Source: Candidatus Eiseniibacteriota bacterium
Lineage (GTDB): Bacteria; Eisenbacteria; RBG-16-71-46
NCBI GenBank assembly: GCA_963717935.1
Contig: CAVQXP010000004.1
Coordinates: forward strand, 1,792,001 to 1,856,000
Length of the DNA: 64,000 nucleotides
Direction: 5' to 3'
Shown here one piece after another: positions 52,560-63,111 of the stretch. The notes below the pieces were generated by a model, which worked only from the letters and a program-made list of their open reading frames with translations, ran no database searches and was not told the DNA's origin. Made by a program: the position numbers and the translations under genes. Numbering within the stretch: position 1 is the first letter of the stretch; every line of letters starts with the position of its first letter.

Positions 52560-55500
52560 CCGCCCGCGCCGGTACGCACTCCGCGCCCCGACCCCGCGCC
52601 GTCTTCGGTCCGGCCCTGCTCGCGCTGTCGCTGCTGGCCGGGGGTGGTGCGCCGGTGAGCGCCACTGCCGAGTCGCAGGGCGTGAGGCTCGTGGCTACCG
52701 ACGACGCCATGATCCGCTTCGAGGTGAGCGTGCCGGTCCCGCAGTTCGTGACCGTTCCGGCCGCGGGCGGGACGGAGACCGCGACGCGGCTCGTCCTCGA
52801 GGGCCACGAGAACGCCGTGGGCTCGGTGGACCCGGGTCTGCCGGGCCGCATCGTCGTGCTGGCGGTGCCGCCCCTGGGGGAGATCCGGGTGAGCGCCGTC
52901 GGCGCCGAAGCCGAGGTGCGGGATGCGTTCCTGCTCGCGCCGGCGCCGGGTCTGTCGCCCGAGGACCGCGCGCAGACGCGCCCCGCGGCCGGGACGGACG
53001 CCCAGCCCGGACCGCGCGCGGAACTCCTGGGTGTGGGCTGGCTGCGCAACCAGCGCGTCGCGCGGATCGCCCTCCACCCGGCCGACTACGACGCGGATGC
53101 ACGGCGCCTCGTGCTCTACCGCCGCATCGAGGTCACGGTCGTGGTCGAAGCGGTGGGGGACCTCGGTCCGCCGGCCGAGAGCCCGGACCCGTTCGAAGGC
53201 GTCTACCGGGGCGCCGTGCTCAACTACGAGCAGGGGCGGGGCTGGCGCCGGCCCGAGACGCGGCGGCTGCTGGCGCAGGCGGCCCTGCAGCCCGACCGGC
53301 TCGCGGCGTTCGCGGCGGCGGTGCCCGAGACGAGCGTGTACGTCGGCCGCACCTGGATCAAGTTCGCGGTGACCCGGACCGGCTTCTACAAGGTGGACTA
53401 CGGGCGGCTGCGGACGCTGTCGCTGTTCTCGAACGACACCGACTCGACCGCTGCGTCGCTCGACAGCCTGCGCCTGTTCAACTGGCCGGGTTTCCCGGTG
53501 CTCCCGGTGGGCTCGTACTGCGACTCGTGCGATTACCGCGAGGTGGCCATCGCCTTCGCGGACGACGGGGATGGCCGCTTCCGGACGAACACCGACCAGT
53601 TCTACTTCTTCGCCATGGGGCCGAGCGGCTGGGCGAGCCTCTACGACCCGGCGCGACCGGAGACGGTATTCGTCAACCACCCGTACGAGACGAACAACTA
53701 CTACTACCTGACCCGCGCCACCGAGGAGTCGCCGGTGGGGGGGACGCGAGCACGGATCGCCACGCTGGACGGCACCATCACGAACCCGTCGCTGCCCACG
53801 CCCGTCACCTTCCCCGCGCGCGCCCACCACGAACAGGACACGGAGTACTGGCCCAACGCGTCGCCCCTGTACTCGACCAACGACCGGCAGCTCTTCTGGG
53901 AGAAGTGGTTCTGGCAGGCGGTCTCGCCGGGCGGGTCGTTCCGCGTGCCGCCGGTGGACCTGCCGGGCGCCGACACCACGCAGTCCGCCCGGATCCGAGC
54001 GCTGGTCTGGGGGCTCAACGAACCCGAGAGCAGCCCCTGGCACGGCGTGGCCATCGACTTCAACGGCCAGGACCTCGGAACGATGACCTTCCGCGGGATG
54101 CTGGCGCAGGTCTACGACGTGACCGTCAGCAACCTGCGGACCGTGGCGAACGCGTTCACGATGAGCGTGCCGGCAACGGTCACCACGAGGACCGGGCTGG
54201 CCTGGTTCGACCTCTACTACCAGCGCGCCTTCCAGCCCGTGGGCGACCGGCTCGACTTCGACACGCCGGCCGGGGGGAACGGCGACGTCATCTACCGGCT
54301 CGGACCTTTCACGCAGTCCGCGGTCCCGTTCGTCTTCGACGTCACGGACGCCAGCCGGCCGGTGCAGATCCTCGTCCCGTCCGACACGACGCACTACGCC
54401 CCGAGGCCGGACGGCTACTACCTGGCGTTCCAGGCCTCGGAGACGTCCCGGCGGCGCTACCGCGTGGCCCCCGCGGACAGCATCGTGTCCGTGGCGCAGC
54501 AGACCATCCGGGAGGCGCCGTTCACGAGCCTCGAGAACCTGCGCTCCTTCAGCGAGCGGGCGGACTACATCGTCATCTACTACGACGACTTCCGCGCGGC
54601 CGCCGACTCGCTGGTGGCGTGGCGGCGGCAACACCTGCCCCTGTGGGGCGCGACCGCGCCGTTCGAGGCGAAGACGGTGCCGATCTCGGCGCTGTACGAC
54701 CAGTTCTCGGGCGGACGCACCGACCCGGCGGCCATCCGCAACTTCCTGCGGGCGGCGTTCTACAACTGGAACGGGGGCGGTAGCCCGCGCCGGCCGTCCT
54801 TCGTGACGCTCCTGGGGGACGCCTCCTACGACTTCAAGAACCTCACCGGTCGGGCGGTGGCGGGCCAGCCCGGCACGCTCGTGCCCACCTACGAGGACAA
54901 CTTCGACGACTACGTGAGGCGGCAGTTCATCACGGACGACTGGATGTTCAATGTGGACAGCGCAGCCCTCGTCATCCCCGATTTCCTGGGCGGGCGCATC
55001 CCCGTGGGCGACCCGACCGCGGCGCTCGCGGTGGTCCGCGGCAAGGTGCTGGCCCACGAGCGCGTCTCACCGCTCGGGGAGTGGCGCAACCGGATCATGC
55101 TGATCGCCGACGACAACATGCAGGGGGAGGAACTGGACGACCTGCGCTGGAGGCACCTGGAGCAGACCGCGTCCCTGGACGCCAACGTCACGCCCCCGCA
55201 TCTGGACCGGGTGTACGTCTACCTGCACACGTATCCGACCGGCCCCGGGGCGGGCAAGCCGGGTGCCAAGGCGGATATCCGGGAGGGTGTCAACGAAGGC
55301 GTGGCGCTCATGAATTTCGTGGGTCACGGCAGCCCGTTCCAGCTGGCCGACGAGCGCGTGCTGCTCGACACCGACGTGGGCACGCTGACGAACGCTCCGC
55401 GCTTCACGGTGCTCGTCGCGGCTTCGTGCGATGTCGGCAAGTTCAGCGATCCGACGGTGCAGAGCCTGGGCGAGCGGCTCATCACCAGCACCGCGGGGGG

Positions 55501-56815
55501 CGCGATCGGGGTGATCTCGGCGACGGAGCTTGCCTTCAGCGATCTGAATGCGACGCTGAACCAGAACCTCTACCGTGAACTGTTCCGGCGCGACACGGTG
55601 GCGTGCCTGTACCACACGCCGCTCTCGGAGGCGCTGCTGAAGACCAAGTTCGGCTCCGTCAACTCGCAGAAGTACCAGCTCATGGGGGATGCGGCGACCC
55701 TCGTGGCGCTGCCGCGGTTCTGGGTGGACGTGGCTCTGGCGGACTCGGCCGGCAACCCGGTGAGCGAGATGAGACGTGGCCAGACGCTTGGCTTCCAGGG
55801 CCGCGTGCGGACCTGCCCGGGTGGGGATCCGCTGTCGTTCGACGGGGTGGTGGCGGTGCTCATCGGGGACTCGCAGGAGATCGGCGTCGCGGACTACGTC
55901 ACGTACCCGTACCGGGCCGGGGCCATCTACCGCGGCGATGTCGGGGTGACGAACGGGGAATTCCGCGGCCGCTTCGTGGTGCCGATGGAGGCGCGCGAGG
56001 GGGACCGGGGGCGCGTGCGGGCCTATGCGGAGGGCCGGGCCGCGGGCGAGGGCTTCGACACCGACGGCGCCGGGTCCGTGGCCGTGCGGGTCTTGCCGGG
56101 GGAGGCGCCCGCGGGTGACGTCACAGGTCCGCGGATCACGCTCTCCTTCGTGGGGGGGGCGACCTCGGTGCGTCCCGACGCGGTCCTCAAGGTGGACCTC
56201 TACGACGAGAACGGCATCCTCACCACGGACCACACGCCGCAGAACGGGATCATCGTGACCGTGGACGGGAACACCACGAACCGCGCGGACATCACCGAAT
56301 CCTTCCGCTATGCGGCGGACTCGTATCAGTCGGGTGTGGCGCAGTTCGAGCTGCCGAATCTGCCGCTGGGTGCGCATACCGTCAGCGTGAGCGCCGCCGA
56401 CAACCTGGCCTCGGGCCTGAGCGCCGGCGTACATCGTTCGCGGGCGAGCCTGGATTTCACCGTGGTGGATCAACCGGACCTGCGCATCGCCCACGCTTAC
56501 CTGTTCCCGAACCCGGCCGAGTCGCGCTGGGACGGGGGCGGGGGGCAGTTCGTGGTGGATGCCCCGGGTGACTCGGTCAACACGCTGCTGCGCATCTACA
56601 CGGCCTCGGGCAGGCTCATCCGCACTCTCAGCGTCTTCGGCGGGCTGGGGCAGGTACAGGTGCCCTGGGACGGGCTGGACGAAGAGGGGCAACCGCTGGC
56701 CAACGGCGTCTACTTCTTCCGGGTGCACGTCAACCCCAGGGACCCGGATGGTACGAGCAGCCCGCGACGGAAGGCGGACGCGGATGGGCGTTTCGTTATC
56801 GTAAACCGGAAATAG
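52556..56815 (+). CDS. porU: PorU-like C25 (gingipain family) cysteine peptidase/sortase with C-terminal FlgD-Ig/T9SS-type domain
   Basis: C25 propeptide, KFAVTRTGFYKV, YDQFSGG..DPAAIRNFL, LLGDASYDFK, FVGHG (His), ASCDVGKF (Cys), LMGD and YLFPNP CTD; start uncertain. Confidence 0.8.
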   Translation: MTARAGTHSAPRPRAVFGPALLALSLLAGGGAPVSATAESQGVRLVATDDAMIRFEVSVPVPQFVTVPAAGGTETATRLVLEGHENAVGSVDPGLPGRIVVLAVPPLGEIRVSAVGAEAEVRDAFLLAPAPGLSPEDRAQTRPAAGTDAQPGPRAELLGVGWLRNQRVARIALHPADYDADARRLVLYRRIEVTVVVEAVGDLGPPAESPDPFEGVYRGAVLNYEQGRGWRRPETRRLLAQAALQPDRLAAFAAAVPETSVYVGRTWIKFAVTRTGFYKVDYGRLRTLSLFSNDTDSTAASLDSLRLFNWPGFPVLPVGSYCDSCDYREVAIAFADDGDGRFRTNTDQFYFFAMGPSGWASLYDPARPETVFVNHPYETNNYYYLTRATEESPVGGTRARIATLDGTITNPSLPTPVTFPARAHHEQDTEYWPNASPLYSTNDRQLFWEKWFWQAVSPGGSFRVPPVDLPGADTTQSARIRALVWGLNEPESSPWHGVAIDFNGQDLGTMTFRGMLAQVYDVTVSNLRTVANAFTMSVPATVTTRTGLAWFDLYYQRAFQPVGDRLDFDTPAGGNGDVIYRLGPFTQSAVPFVFDVTDASRPVQILVPSDTTHYAPRPDGYYLAFQASETSRRRYRVAPADSIVSVAQQTIREAPFTSLENLRSFSERADYIVIYYDDFRAAADSLVAWRRQHLPLWGATAPFEAKTVPISALYDQFSGGRTDPAAIRNFLRAAFYNWNGGGSPRRPSFVTLLGDASYDFKNLTGRAVAGQPGTLVPTYEDNFDDYVRRQFITDDWMFNVDSAALVIPDFLGGRIPVGDPTAALAVVRGKVLAHERVSPLGEWRNRIMLIADDNMQGEELDDLRWRHLEQTASLDANVTPPHLDRVYVYLHTYPTGPGAGKPGAKADIREGVNEGVALMNFVGHGSPFQLADERVLLDTDVGTLTNAPRFTVLVAASCDVGKFSDPTVQSLGERLITSTAGGAIGVISATELAFSDLNATLNQNLYRELFRRDTVACLYHTPLSEALLKTKFGSVNSQKYQLMGDAATLVALPRFWVDVALADSAGNPVSEMRRGQTLGFQGRVRTCPGGDPLSFDGVVAVLIGDSQEIGVADYVTYPYRAGAIYRGDVGVTNGEFRGRFVVPMEAREGDRGRVRAYAEGRAAGEGFDTDGAGSVAVRVLPGEAPAGDVTGPRITLSFVGGATSVRPDAVLKVDLYDENGILTTDHTPQNGIIVTVDGNTTNRADITESFRYAADSYQSGVAQFELPNLPLGAHTVSVSAADNLASGLSAGVHRSRASLDFTVVDQPDLRIAHAYLFPNPAESRWDGGGGQFVVDAPGDSVNTLLRIYTASGRLIRTLSVFGGLGQVQVPWDGLDEEGQPLANGVYFFRVHVNPRDPDGTSSPRRKADADGRFVIVNRK

Positions 56816-56995
56816 GCCCCCGCCCCCCGGTCCATCCGGTGGCCTGACAGTGGGTTCGGGCCCGTGCGGGTGGTGGGGGGTGGGCGGCCGAGACCCTTCA
56901 GGTTGAAATGGTTGGAGCGCCGGGATGGGGTCCGGTGTAGTATCCGTGATCGCTTGCGTGGGGAGATGGTCGTCCTGACGGAGGAAGAACCTATC

Positions 56996-57964
56996 ATGCG
57001 TTTCAATGTCACCGCACTCGCTCTCATGGCCGGGCTCGTGCTTGCGGCACCGGCTTTCGCGCAGGGAACCGGCCGTTCCCTGGACATCCAGCCCGGTGCC
57101 CGGGAGAACGGCATGGGAGCGGCGGGCGTGGCCCTCGCGGACGATGCCACGGGGATGACCTGGTGGAACCCGGCGGGGCTGGGCTTCGCCAAGCGCCCCG
57201 GTCTGCAGATGACCAACGCGAAGCTCGTGCCCGGGCTCGCGGACGACGTGTCTTACAACCACGTGGCCTATGCCCATCCCATGGAGGGCTGGGGCGGACT
57301 GGCCCTGTCCGTCTCATTTCTCTCCTATGGGACCAGCATCCAGACCGACATCTCCGGCAACGAGGGGTTCGCCTTCGACTCCTACGAGGCTTCCTCGGGC
57401 CTCTCCTACGGGGTCGAATTGCTGCCCGACCTGGCGATCGGCGCCAGCGTCAAGTACATCCATATCCAGTTGGCGCCCACAAGCTTGCAGGGTGTGGCGT
57501 CGGCGCTGGGCTTTGACCTCGGGTGCCTGTATCGCCTCCAGCCCGCGCACGTGCGGCTCGGCGCCAGCGTGCAGAACCTCGGTCCGAGCGTGGTGTTCAT
57601 CAACGAGGATCTGGCGAGCCCGCTCTCGCGGAACGTCAAGGCCGGTTTTGCCTGGGAGCCGATCAACCGCAGCGGTCTCACCTCCACGGTGGCCGGGGAC
57701 TTCAACCAGTCGCTCGTGACCACGCGATTCCGCACCTACCACGGCGGGCTCGAGGTGAAGTACTCCACCCAGACGGACAAGGCGACCGGCGGGGTCGGAC
57801 TTGCCGGCCGCTTCGGCTACTACTACGACCCGCTCGGCGAGATCAAGGACCTGACCTACGGTCTGGGCCTCAGCTGGGGGAGCCTGACGCTGGACTACGG
57901 CTCGCTGCCGCAGGCCACCACGCTCCCGCATGTCGAGAAGATCAGCCTGGGCTACCGCTTCTGA
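56996..57964 (+). CDS. porV: PorV/PorQ family outer-membrane beta-barrel
   Basis: Signal peptide; SLDIQPGARENGMG...ADDA..WWNPAGL...LVPGLADD; C-terminal ISLGYRF; directly follows the porU-like gene. Confidence 0.8.
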   Translation: MRFNVTALALMAGLVLAAPAFAQGTGRSLDIQPGARENGMGAAGVALADDATGMTWWNPAGLGFAKRPGLQMTNAKLVPGLADDVSYNHVAYAHPMEGWGGLALSVSFLSYGTSIQTDISGNEGFAFDSYEASSGLSYGVELLPDLAIGASVKYIHIQLAPTSLQGVASALGFDLGCLYRLQPAHVRLGASVQNLGPSVVFINEDLASPLSRNVKAGFAWEPINRSGLTSTVAGDFNQSLVTTRFRTYHGGLEVKYSTQTDKATGGVGLAGRFGYYYDPLGEIKDLTYGLGLSWGSLTLDYGSLPQATTLPHVEKISLGYRF

Positions 57965-57993
57965 GGCGTCCCGGCGGCAGCGGGACGAGACCC

Positions 57994-60900
57994 GTGCGCG
58001 GCGTCTTCCTTGCAACCCTGCTGGTCCTGGCGCTCCTGCCGTCCGCGGCGCTCCCCGCGCGGGCGGCAGGAACGCTGAAGGTGCGCCGGGTTGCCCGTGC
58101 CGAGGACGTCGCGCGGCTGCAGCGCCTGGGTCTGCCGGCCCCACTCGCAGTTCGCCCCGAGGAAGCGCACATCCAGGCCGAGCGCGAGCGGCGCTGGCGC
58201 TCGATGCGCGACCTGCTCACCGCCCCGGGGGTGGACTGGTCGCTGCAGGCGCAGCGCCGCACGGGTTGGCGGCCCGCCGTGCAGCCGGCGCGCGACCCGC
58301 GGGCGGCCGCGGCGCGCGCGGTCGGCGTGGTCGCGGAGACGCCGCCCGAGACCCTGCGGGTCGCGTTCATCCGCATCGACTTCCTGAGTGACCGCGGTGG
58401 CTCCGCCTCCACCGGGGATGGTCGCTTCGACCTCTCGGGGCCCGACACGAATGCCGTGCCGATCGACCCGCCGCCGCACGACCGCGCCTTCTTCCAGGCG
58501 CATCTCGAGGCCCTCGCGCGTTACTACGACGCCACCTCCTACGGGCGCGTGGTCGTGGTCGGCGAGGTCTGGCCCCGCGACGCGACTGCGGCCTACTCGC
58601 TCAGCGACATGGCCGACTACGGTCCCTGGGCCTTCAGCCAGGAGATCTACCGCGCCGCGGTCCACATGTTCCGCGACATGTTCTTCGCCGCCGACACGCA
58701 GTCCGCGGCGCGCGGCGACCCCATCCCCTGGGACGACTACGACCGCTACTACCTGATCCACGCCGGAAGCGACCTGCAGAGCGACGTGCGGCAGGACAGC
58801 GAGGAGGACATCCCCTCGTTCACGATCGGCGTGGCCGACACGGACGTGGTGATCTTCCCCGACTCCACCAACCGCCCCATCGACCGGGCCACGATCGTGC
58901 CCGAGCTGGGCGGGCAGGATGGCTACTACGGGGCCATCAACGGCGTCATCGTGCACGAGTCGGGGCACAACCTGCTCGGTCTCGCGGACCTCTACAACGT
59001 CGATACGGGCTACCCGGTGGTGGGCTACTGGAGCCTGATGGACAGCGGGAACCTGCTGGGTTCGCGCGTGACGCTGAAGGACGGCACCGAGATCTACGCC
59101 ACCGGCCTGCTGCCCCCCAGCGTGGACCCGTGGCAGCGCGCCTTCGCGACCGACGTCCTGGCGTTCCCCGAGGTGGACTACGGAGGAAGCCCGGACTCGC
59201 TCGCCGACAGCGAGCGCCACCCGGACGTGCGGCGGGTCACGCTCTCGAGCGACGAGTACCTGCTGCTCGAGAACCGGCATCTCGCGGCGGCGGACACGGT
59301 CCTGCTGGACCAGGATTCGACCACCCGCGTCATCCTCGGACCGAAGAGCCCGGACCGCTATGAGTACGACGCGCTGCTGCCCGGCAGCGGGATCCTGGTC
59401 TGGCACATCGACGAGAGCGTGATCCCCTTCGAGACGTCACTGCGCGTCAACCCGGGCTTCGGCTTCAACACGAACCCGCAGCGCCTCGCGGTGTCGGTCG
59501 TCGAGGGCGACGGGCTCGCGGACCTGGGCGATGCCGGTTCGCCCTACTTCCTTGGCGCGCCCTTCGACCCGTGGTTCGTCAGCAACAACGCGACGCTCTC
59601 GGACTCGACCTTCCCGAACCTGATCCCGCACACCGGGACGCGGCCGCACAAGCGGCTCGACTTCCTCGACGACCCGGCGCTGCTCATGCACTTCAGCGCC
59701 CGGCGCGCGTGGGCGCTGGAAGGCTGGCCGGTCAGCGCGGACTTCCCGCCCGGTGGACCGCAACTGCTCGCGGTGGACGCGGACGGCGACCGGGGGCTGG
59801 ACGTCTGCTGGGCAGGTGGTCGCGATTCGATCGACGTGCTGGCGGCCGACGAGGTCGTGCGCGTGGCGAACCCCGACAGCGCCGCGCTCTTCGCGGTGCG
59901 TCCGGACGGGCTCGCGCTCGACGGCACGAGCGCCTACGCGTTCGCGCAACTCGACCGCAGGCCGCGGCCCGAAGTGGCGGCGCTCGCCCGGGGTGACTCG
60001 GGGGCGTACTTCGCGGTCACGACGTATCCGGCGGGCGCCGACACCAGCAGCCCGGGCGGGCGCGTCTGGCTGCTCGACCACCTCGGCCAGGTGCGTCCGG
60101 GCTGGCCGCCGGCGCTGCCCTCGATCGTGACCACCCCGCCGGTCATCGCGGGGGAGTACCCGGACGCGACCGTGTTCGTCGGTTGCGCGGATGGGTCGAT
60201 CTACGGGCTCGATCTGGACGGAAGCGTCGCGGGCACGGCGTCCGTGCGCGCGGGCGTGCCGTGCGCGGGTCGCCTCGCGGTCGCCGGTTCGTACGTCGCG
60301 GCGGGCGCCGGGGATGGCACCGTGGCCGTGCTGCGCTTCGAGCGGGGGTCCGAGCCCATCGGGCTTGAGTGGAGCCGCCGACTCGTCGAGGACGGTCCCT
60401 TCGTCCCCGATTTCCTGTGGCTTCCGCTCGACGGCGGCGGGGAGGCCGTGCCCGCGTCGACGTCCTTCGCGGTGTGCGGCGCCGGCGTGCCCGCGCTCGT
60501 CGTCCACCACGCGGACCTCCTCTGGGCGTTCTGCCGGGACGGCGCGCCGGTCGCCGGCTGGGGCCACTCCTTCGGCGATACGCTGGTCGCCGGCCTGGGC
60601 GCCGGCGATCCCGATGGTGACGGGCTGCCCGAGGTGCTCACGCACAGCGTCCGCTCCGGGCTCGCGTTCGTGAACCGCACGGGCTACCCGTCACCGGGGT
60701 GGCCCAGGCGCGGCACGCTCGAGGACCTGCGCACGGGCAGCCCGCCGCTGGCGCTCGACGTGGACGGTGATGCCCGCAGCGAGATCGTGGGCATGAACGC
60801 GAGCGGCATCGTGGCGGCGCTGCGGGCCGATGGCGGCACTCCCGAGGGCTGGCCGCTCGCCAGTGGCAGTGGCGCGACCGGTTCCCCCGTGGCCGCCGAT

Positions 60901-61365
60901 CTGGATGGCGACGGCTCGCTCGACCTGGTCGTCCCCGACCGCTTCGGGCGGCTCTTCGCCTACACGCTGCCGGTCGCGCCGGGCGACCCCGTCGCGACCT
61001 CCTGGACGATGCTGGGCGGGGACCCCGGACGAACCTCGTCGCTCGCGGCGAACGCCACGCCGGCGGCTCCGCTGGCCAGCGCCGGGCCGCTGACCCGCGG
61101 CTCGCTCAAGGCCTATCCGAATCCGGCGCGGCGGCACCCGGTCTCGTTCGCCTTCCGTCTCACGGAGCCCGCGGACGTCGAGTTCCGCATCCTCGACACC
61201 TCGGGTCACGAGGTGGCGTCGTTCTCGCGTCCGGGGCTGCAGGGCGAGAACGTGCAGATCTGGGAGCCGGGCGCCCTGCCCGCGGGCCTCTACCTGGCGC
61301 GGTTGCGCTTCCGCGGGGCGCTGAGCGAGCGGGTCGAGGTGCTCCAGGTGGGGGTGCTGCGATGA
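57994..61365 (+). CDS. M6 (immune inhibitor A-like) metalloprotease with FG-GAP repeats and T9SS-type C-terminal domain
   Basis: Signal peptide from GTG 57994; LIHAG, HESGHNLLGLADLY, WSLMD, EYLLLENR, GILVWHID; AYPNP...AGLYLARL. Confidence 0.85.
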   Translation: MRGVFLATLLVLALLPSAALPARAAGTLKVRRVARAEDVARLQRLGLPAPLAVRPEEAHIQAERERRWRSMRDLLTAPGVDWSLQAQRRTGWRPAVQPARDPRAAAARAVGVVAETPPETLRVAFIRIDFLSDRGGSASTGDGRFDLSGPDTNAVPIDPPPHDRAFFQAHLEALARYYDATSYGRVVVVGEVWPRDATAAYSLSDMADYGPWAFSQEIYRAAVHMFRDMFFAADTQSAARGDPIPWDDYDRYYLIHAGSDLQSDVRQDSEEDIPSFTIGVADTDVVIFPDSTNRPIDRATIVPELGGQDGYYGAINGVIVHESGHNLLGLADLYNVDTGYPVVGYWSLMDSGNLLGSRVTLKDGTEIYATGLLPPSVDPWQRAFATDVLAFPEVDYGGSPDSLADSERHPDVRRVTLSSDEYLLLENRHLAAADTVLLDQDSTTRVILGPKSPDRYEYDALLPGSGILVWHIDESVIPFETSLRVNPGFGFNTNPQRLAVSVVEGDGLADLGDAGSPYFLGAPFDPWFVSNNATLSDSTFPNLIPHTGTRPHKRLDFLDDPALLMHFSARRAWALEGWPVSADFPPGGPQLLAVDADGDRGLDVCWAGGRDSIDVLAADEVVRVANPDSAALFAVRPDGLALDGTSAYAFAQLDRRPRPEVAALARGDSGAYFAVTTYPAGADTSSPGGRVWLLDHLGQVRPGWPPALPSIVTTPPVIAGEYPDATVFVGCADGSIYGLDLDGSVAGTASVRAGVPCAGRLAVAGSYVAAGAGDGTVAVLRFERGSEPIGLEWSRRLVEDGPFVPDFLWLPLDGGGEAVPASTSFAVCGAGVPALVVHHADLLWAFCRDGAPVAGWGHSFGDTLVAGLGAGDPDGDGLPEVLTHSVRSGLAFVNRTGYPSPGWPRRGTLEDLRTGSPPLALDVDGDARSEIVGMNASGIVAALRADGGTPEGWPLASGSGATGSPVAADLDGDGSLDLVVPDRFGRLFAYTLPVAPGDPVATSWTMLGGDPGRTSSLAANATPAAPLASAGPLTRGSLKAYPNPARRHPVSFAFRLTEPADVEFRILDTSGHEVASFSRPGLQGENVQIWEPGALPAGLYLARLRFRGALSERVEVLQVGVLR

Positions 61366-62168
61366 CGCGGCGCCGCGCTCCGCGCCTGCGGGTCCTCGGC
61401 CTGGCGTTGTTGCTCGCCAGCGGGGCTCTGCTGAACGCGGGGACGGCCGCTGCCGTGATCCGCGGCTCTGCGCTGGCGCTGCCGCTGGTCATGGACCCCG
61501 GCAGGCCGCGGTTCAGCCTCGCCCAGCGCGCCATCGACCGTTCGTGGGGACTTTCGGAGGACTCCAGCTACACCGAGGTCGACGTGCCGGAGTGGCGCTC
61601 CGAGGGACTGGCCGCCGGGTTCTCGGCGGTGCTCCCCGGGGCGGGCCAGCTCTACGCAGGGGAGGGCAGTGGAGTGTGGTTCGCGCTGGCCGAGGTGGCG
61701 GGCTGGACCGCGAACCGCATCTTCCTGCACAAGGCGCAGACCGAGCGGGATCGCTCGGCCCTCTTCGTGGGCGACCCGACCGACTCGACGAGCGCCTGGT
61801 CCTTCGAGCGCTTCAGCCAGGCCACGGGGATGGATGCCTCGGAGATCGCCGCCATCTGGGCCCAGGACCGGCAGGCGTTCTACGAGCTCATCGCCCGCGA
61901 ACCCATCTACCTCGCCGGCTGGAGCGGCCAGTCCGAGGTCACGCGCAGCACGTTCTTCGGCATCCGCGACCTGTCGCGCGGCTACTACGACCGGGCGTCC
62001 AGCGTGGGCTACGTGCTCTGGCTCAATCACCTGATCGCCGCGTTCGACGCGTTGCGCGCGGCGCGCCTGAAGAATCTGGTGTTGCAGCACAATCTGGAGC
62101 TCAAGCTCCGGAGTTCCTGGCACGGCGGGCGCCCGGCCGTCATGGCCGTGCTGATGAGGAGGTTCTGA
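61362..62168 (+). CDS. Exported hypothetical protein (DUF5683-like motif)
   Basis: SAVLPGAGQLY motif; NHLIAAFDA; ATGA-coupled to the upstream gene. Confidence 0.65.
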   Translation: MTRRRAPRLRVLGLALLLASGALLNAGTAAAVIRGSALALPLVMDPGRPRFSLAQRAIDRSWGLSEDSSYTEVDVPEWRSEGLAAGFSAVLPGAGQLYAGEGSGVWFALAEVAGWTANRIFLHKAQTERDRSALFVGDPTDSTSAWSFERFSQATGMDASEIAAIWAQDRQAFYELIAREPIYLAGWSGQSEVTRSTFFGIRDLSRGYYDRASSVGYVLWLNHLIAAFDALRAARLKNLVLQHNLELKLRSSWHGGRPAVMAVLMRRF

Positions 62169-63088
62169 TGCGGGCCTGCCTGCGGCCGTGGCTCGTGGCG
62201 GCGGCACTGTTGCTCGCCCTGGGTGGAGGCGCGCCTCGAGCCGCCGTGGCCGTGGCCCGTCCGGACGGCGAGGCCCTGCCGGGCGCGGATCTGGCCCCGG
62301 GCGCGGAGGCCTGCCGCGGGCCCGCGGCGGGCACGCTCGCGCTGGCCCGCCCGTCGGCCTCCTTCTTCTCGGACGCGCCGGGCGACGATCCGGACGGGCC
62401 GCTCGCGCTCTCCTTCGGCCGCCGGGGCGCACGGGTGCCCCGCGCAGAGCGCGCAACGCTGCCGTCCGGGGCGCTCGGGGCCGAGCGGGCCCGCATCCTG
62501 CTGCGCTCGCTCACGCTTCCGGGCTGGGGGCAGGCGACGCTCGGCCGGCGCACGTCGGCCCTGTTCTTCGGTCTGACCGAGACGGCGATCTGGGGGACGT
62601 TCACGGCCTTCCGCATCCAGGTCGCGATGCGCGAGGACGCCTTCCTGCGCACGGCGCGGCTCCAGGCGGGCATCGACCTCGAGGGGCGGGACGAGGAGTG
62701 GCGGCGCATCGTCGGGGGATTCGTGAGCAGCGACGAGTACAACCTGCTGGTGGTGGCGCGGGACGCCGCGAACCTCTACTACGATGACCCGGTCGCGTAT
62801 CGGGCCTACCTGGCGGAGCACTCGCTCGCGGGCGCCGACGCGTGGAGGTGGACGAGCGTCGAGGGGCAGCTTCGCTACCGCGACCAGCGCAAGAACGCGC
62901 AGCGCGCCGCCCAGCGGGCCAACACCACGCTGGCGGTGGCGGTCGTGAACCGGATCGTGAGCGCGCTGCACGCGGCTCGCGTCGCTGGCCGCCCGGCGGC
63001 GGCCGCCCGCTCGTGGCAGCTCGAGGTCGTCCCGGTGGCGTGCGAGGACGCGACGGCCTTCCAGTTCCGGGTGCGCGCGCGGTTCTGA
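62168..63088 (+). CDS. Exported hypothetical protein, paralogous to the upstream gene
   Basis: SLTLPGWGQ motif; NRIVSALHA; C-terminal FRVRARF; TGATG coupling. Confidence 0.65.
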   Translation: MRACLRPWLVAAALLLALGGGAPRAAVAVARPDGEALPGADLAPGAEACRGPAAGTLALARPSASFFSDAPGDDPDGPLALSFGRRGARVPRAERATLPSGALGAERARILLRSLTLPGWGQATLGRRTSALFFGLTETAIWGTFTAFRIQVAMREDAFLRTARLQAGIDLEGRDEEWRRIVGGFVSSDEYNLLVVARDAANLYYDDPVAYRAYLAEHSLAGADAWRWTSVEGQLRYRDQRKNAQRAAQRANTTLAVAVVNRIVSALHAARVAGRPAAAARSWQLEVVPVACEDATAFQFRVRARF

Positions 63089-63111
63089 CGCGGGCTCGAG
63101 CGGCGATCCCC

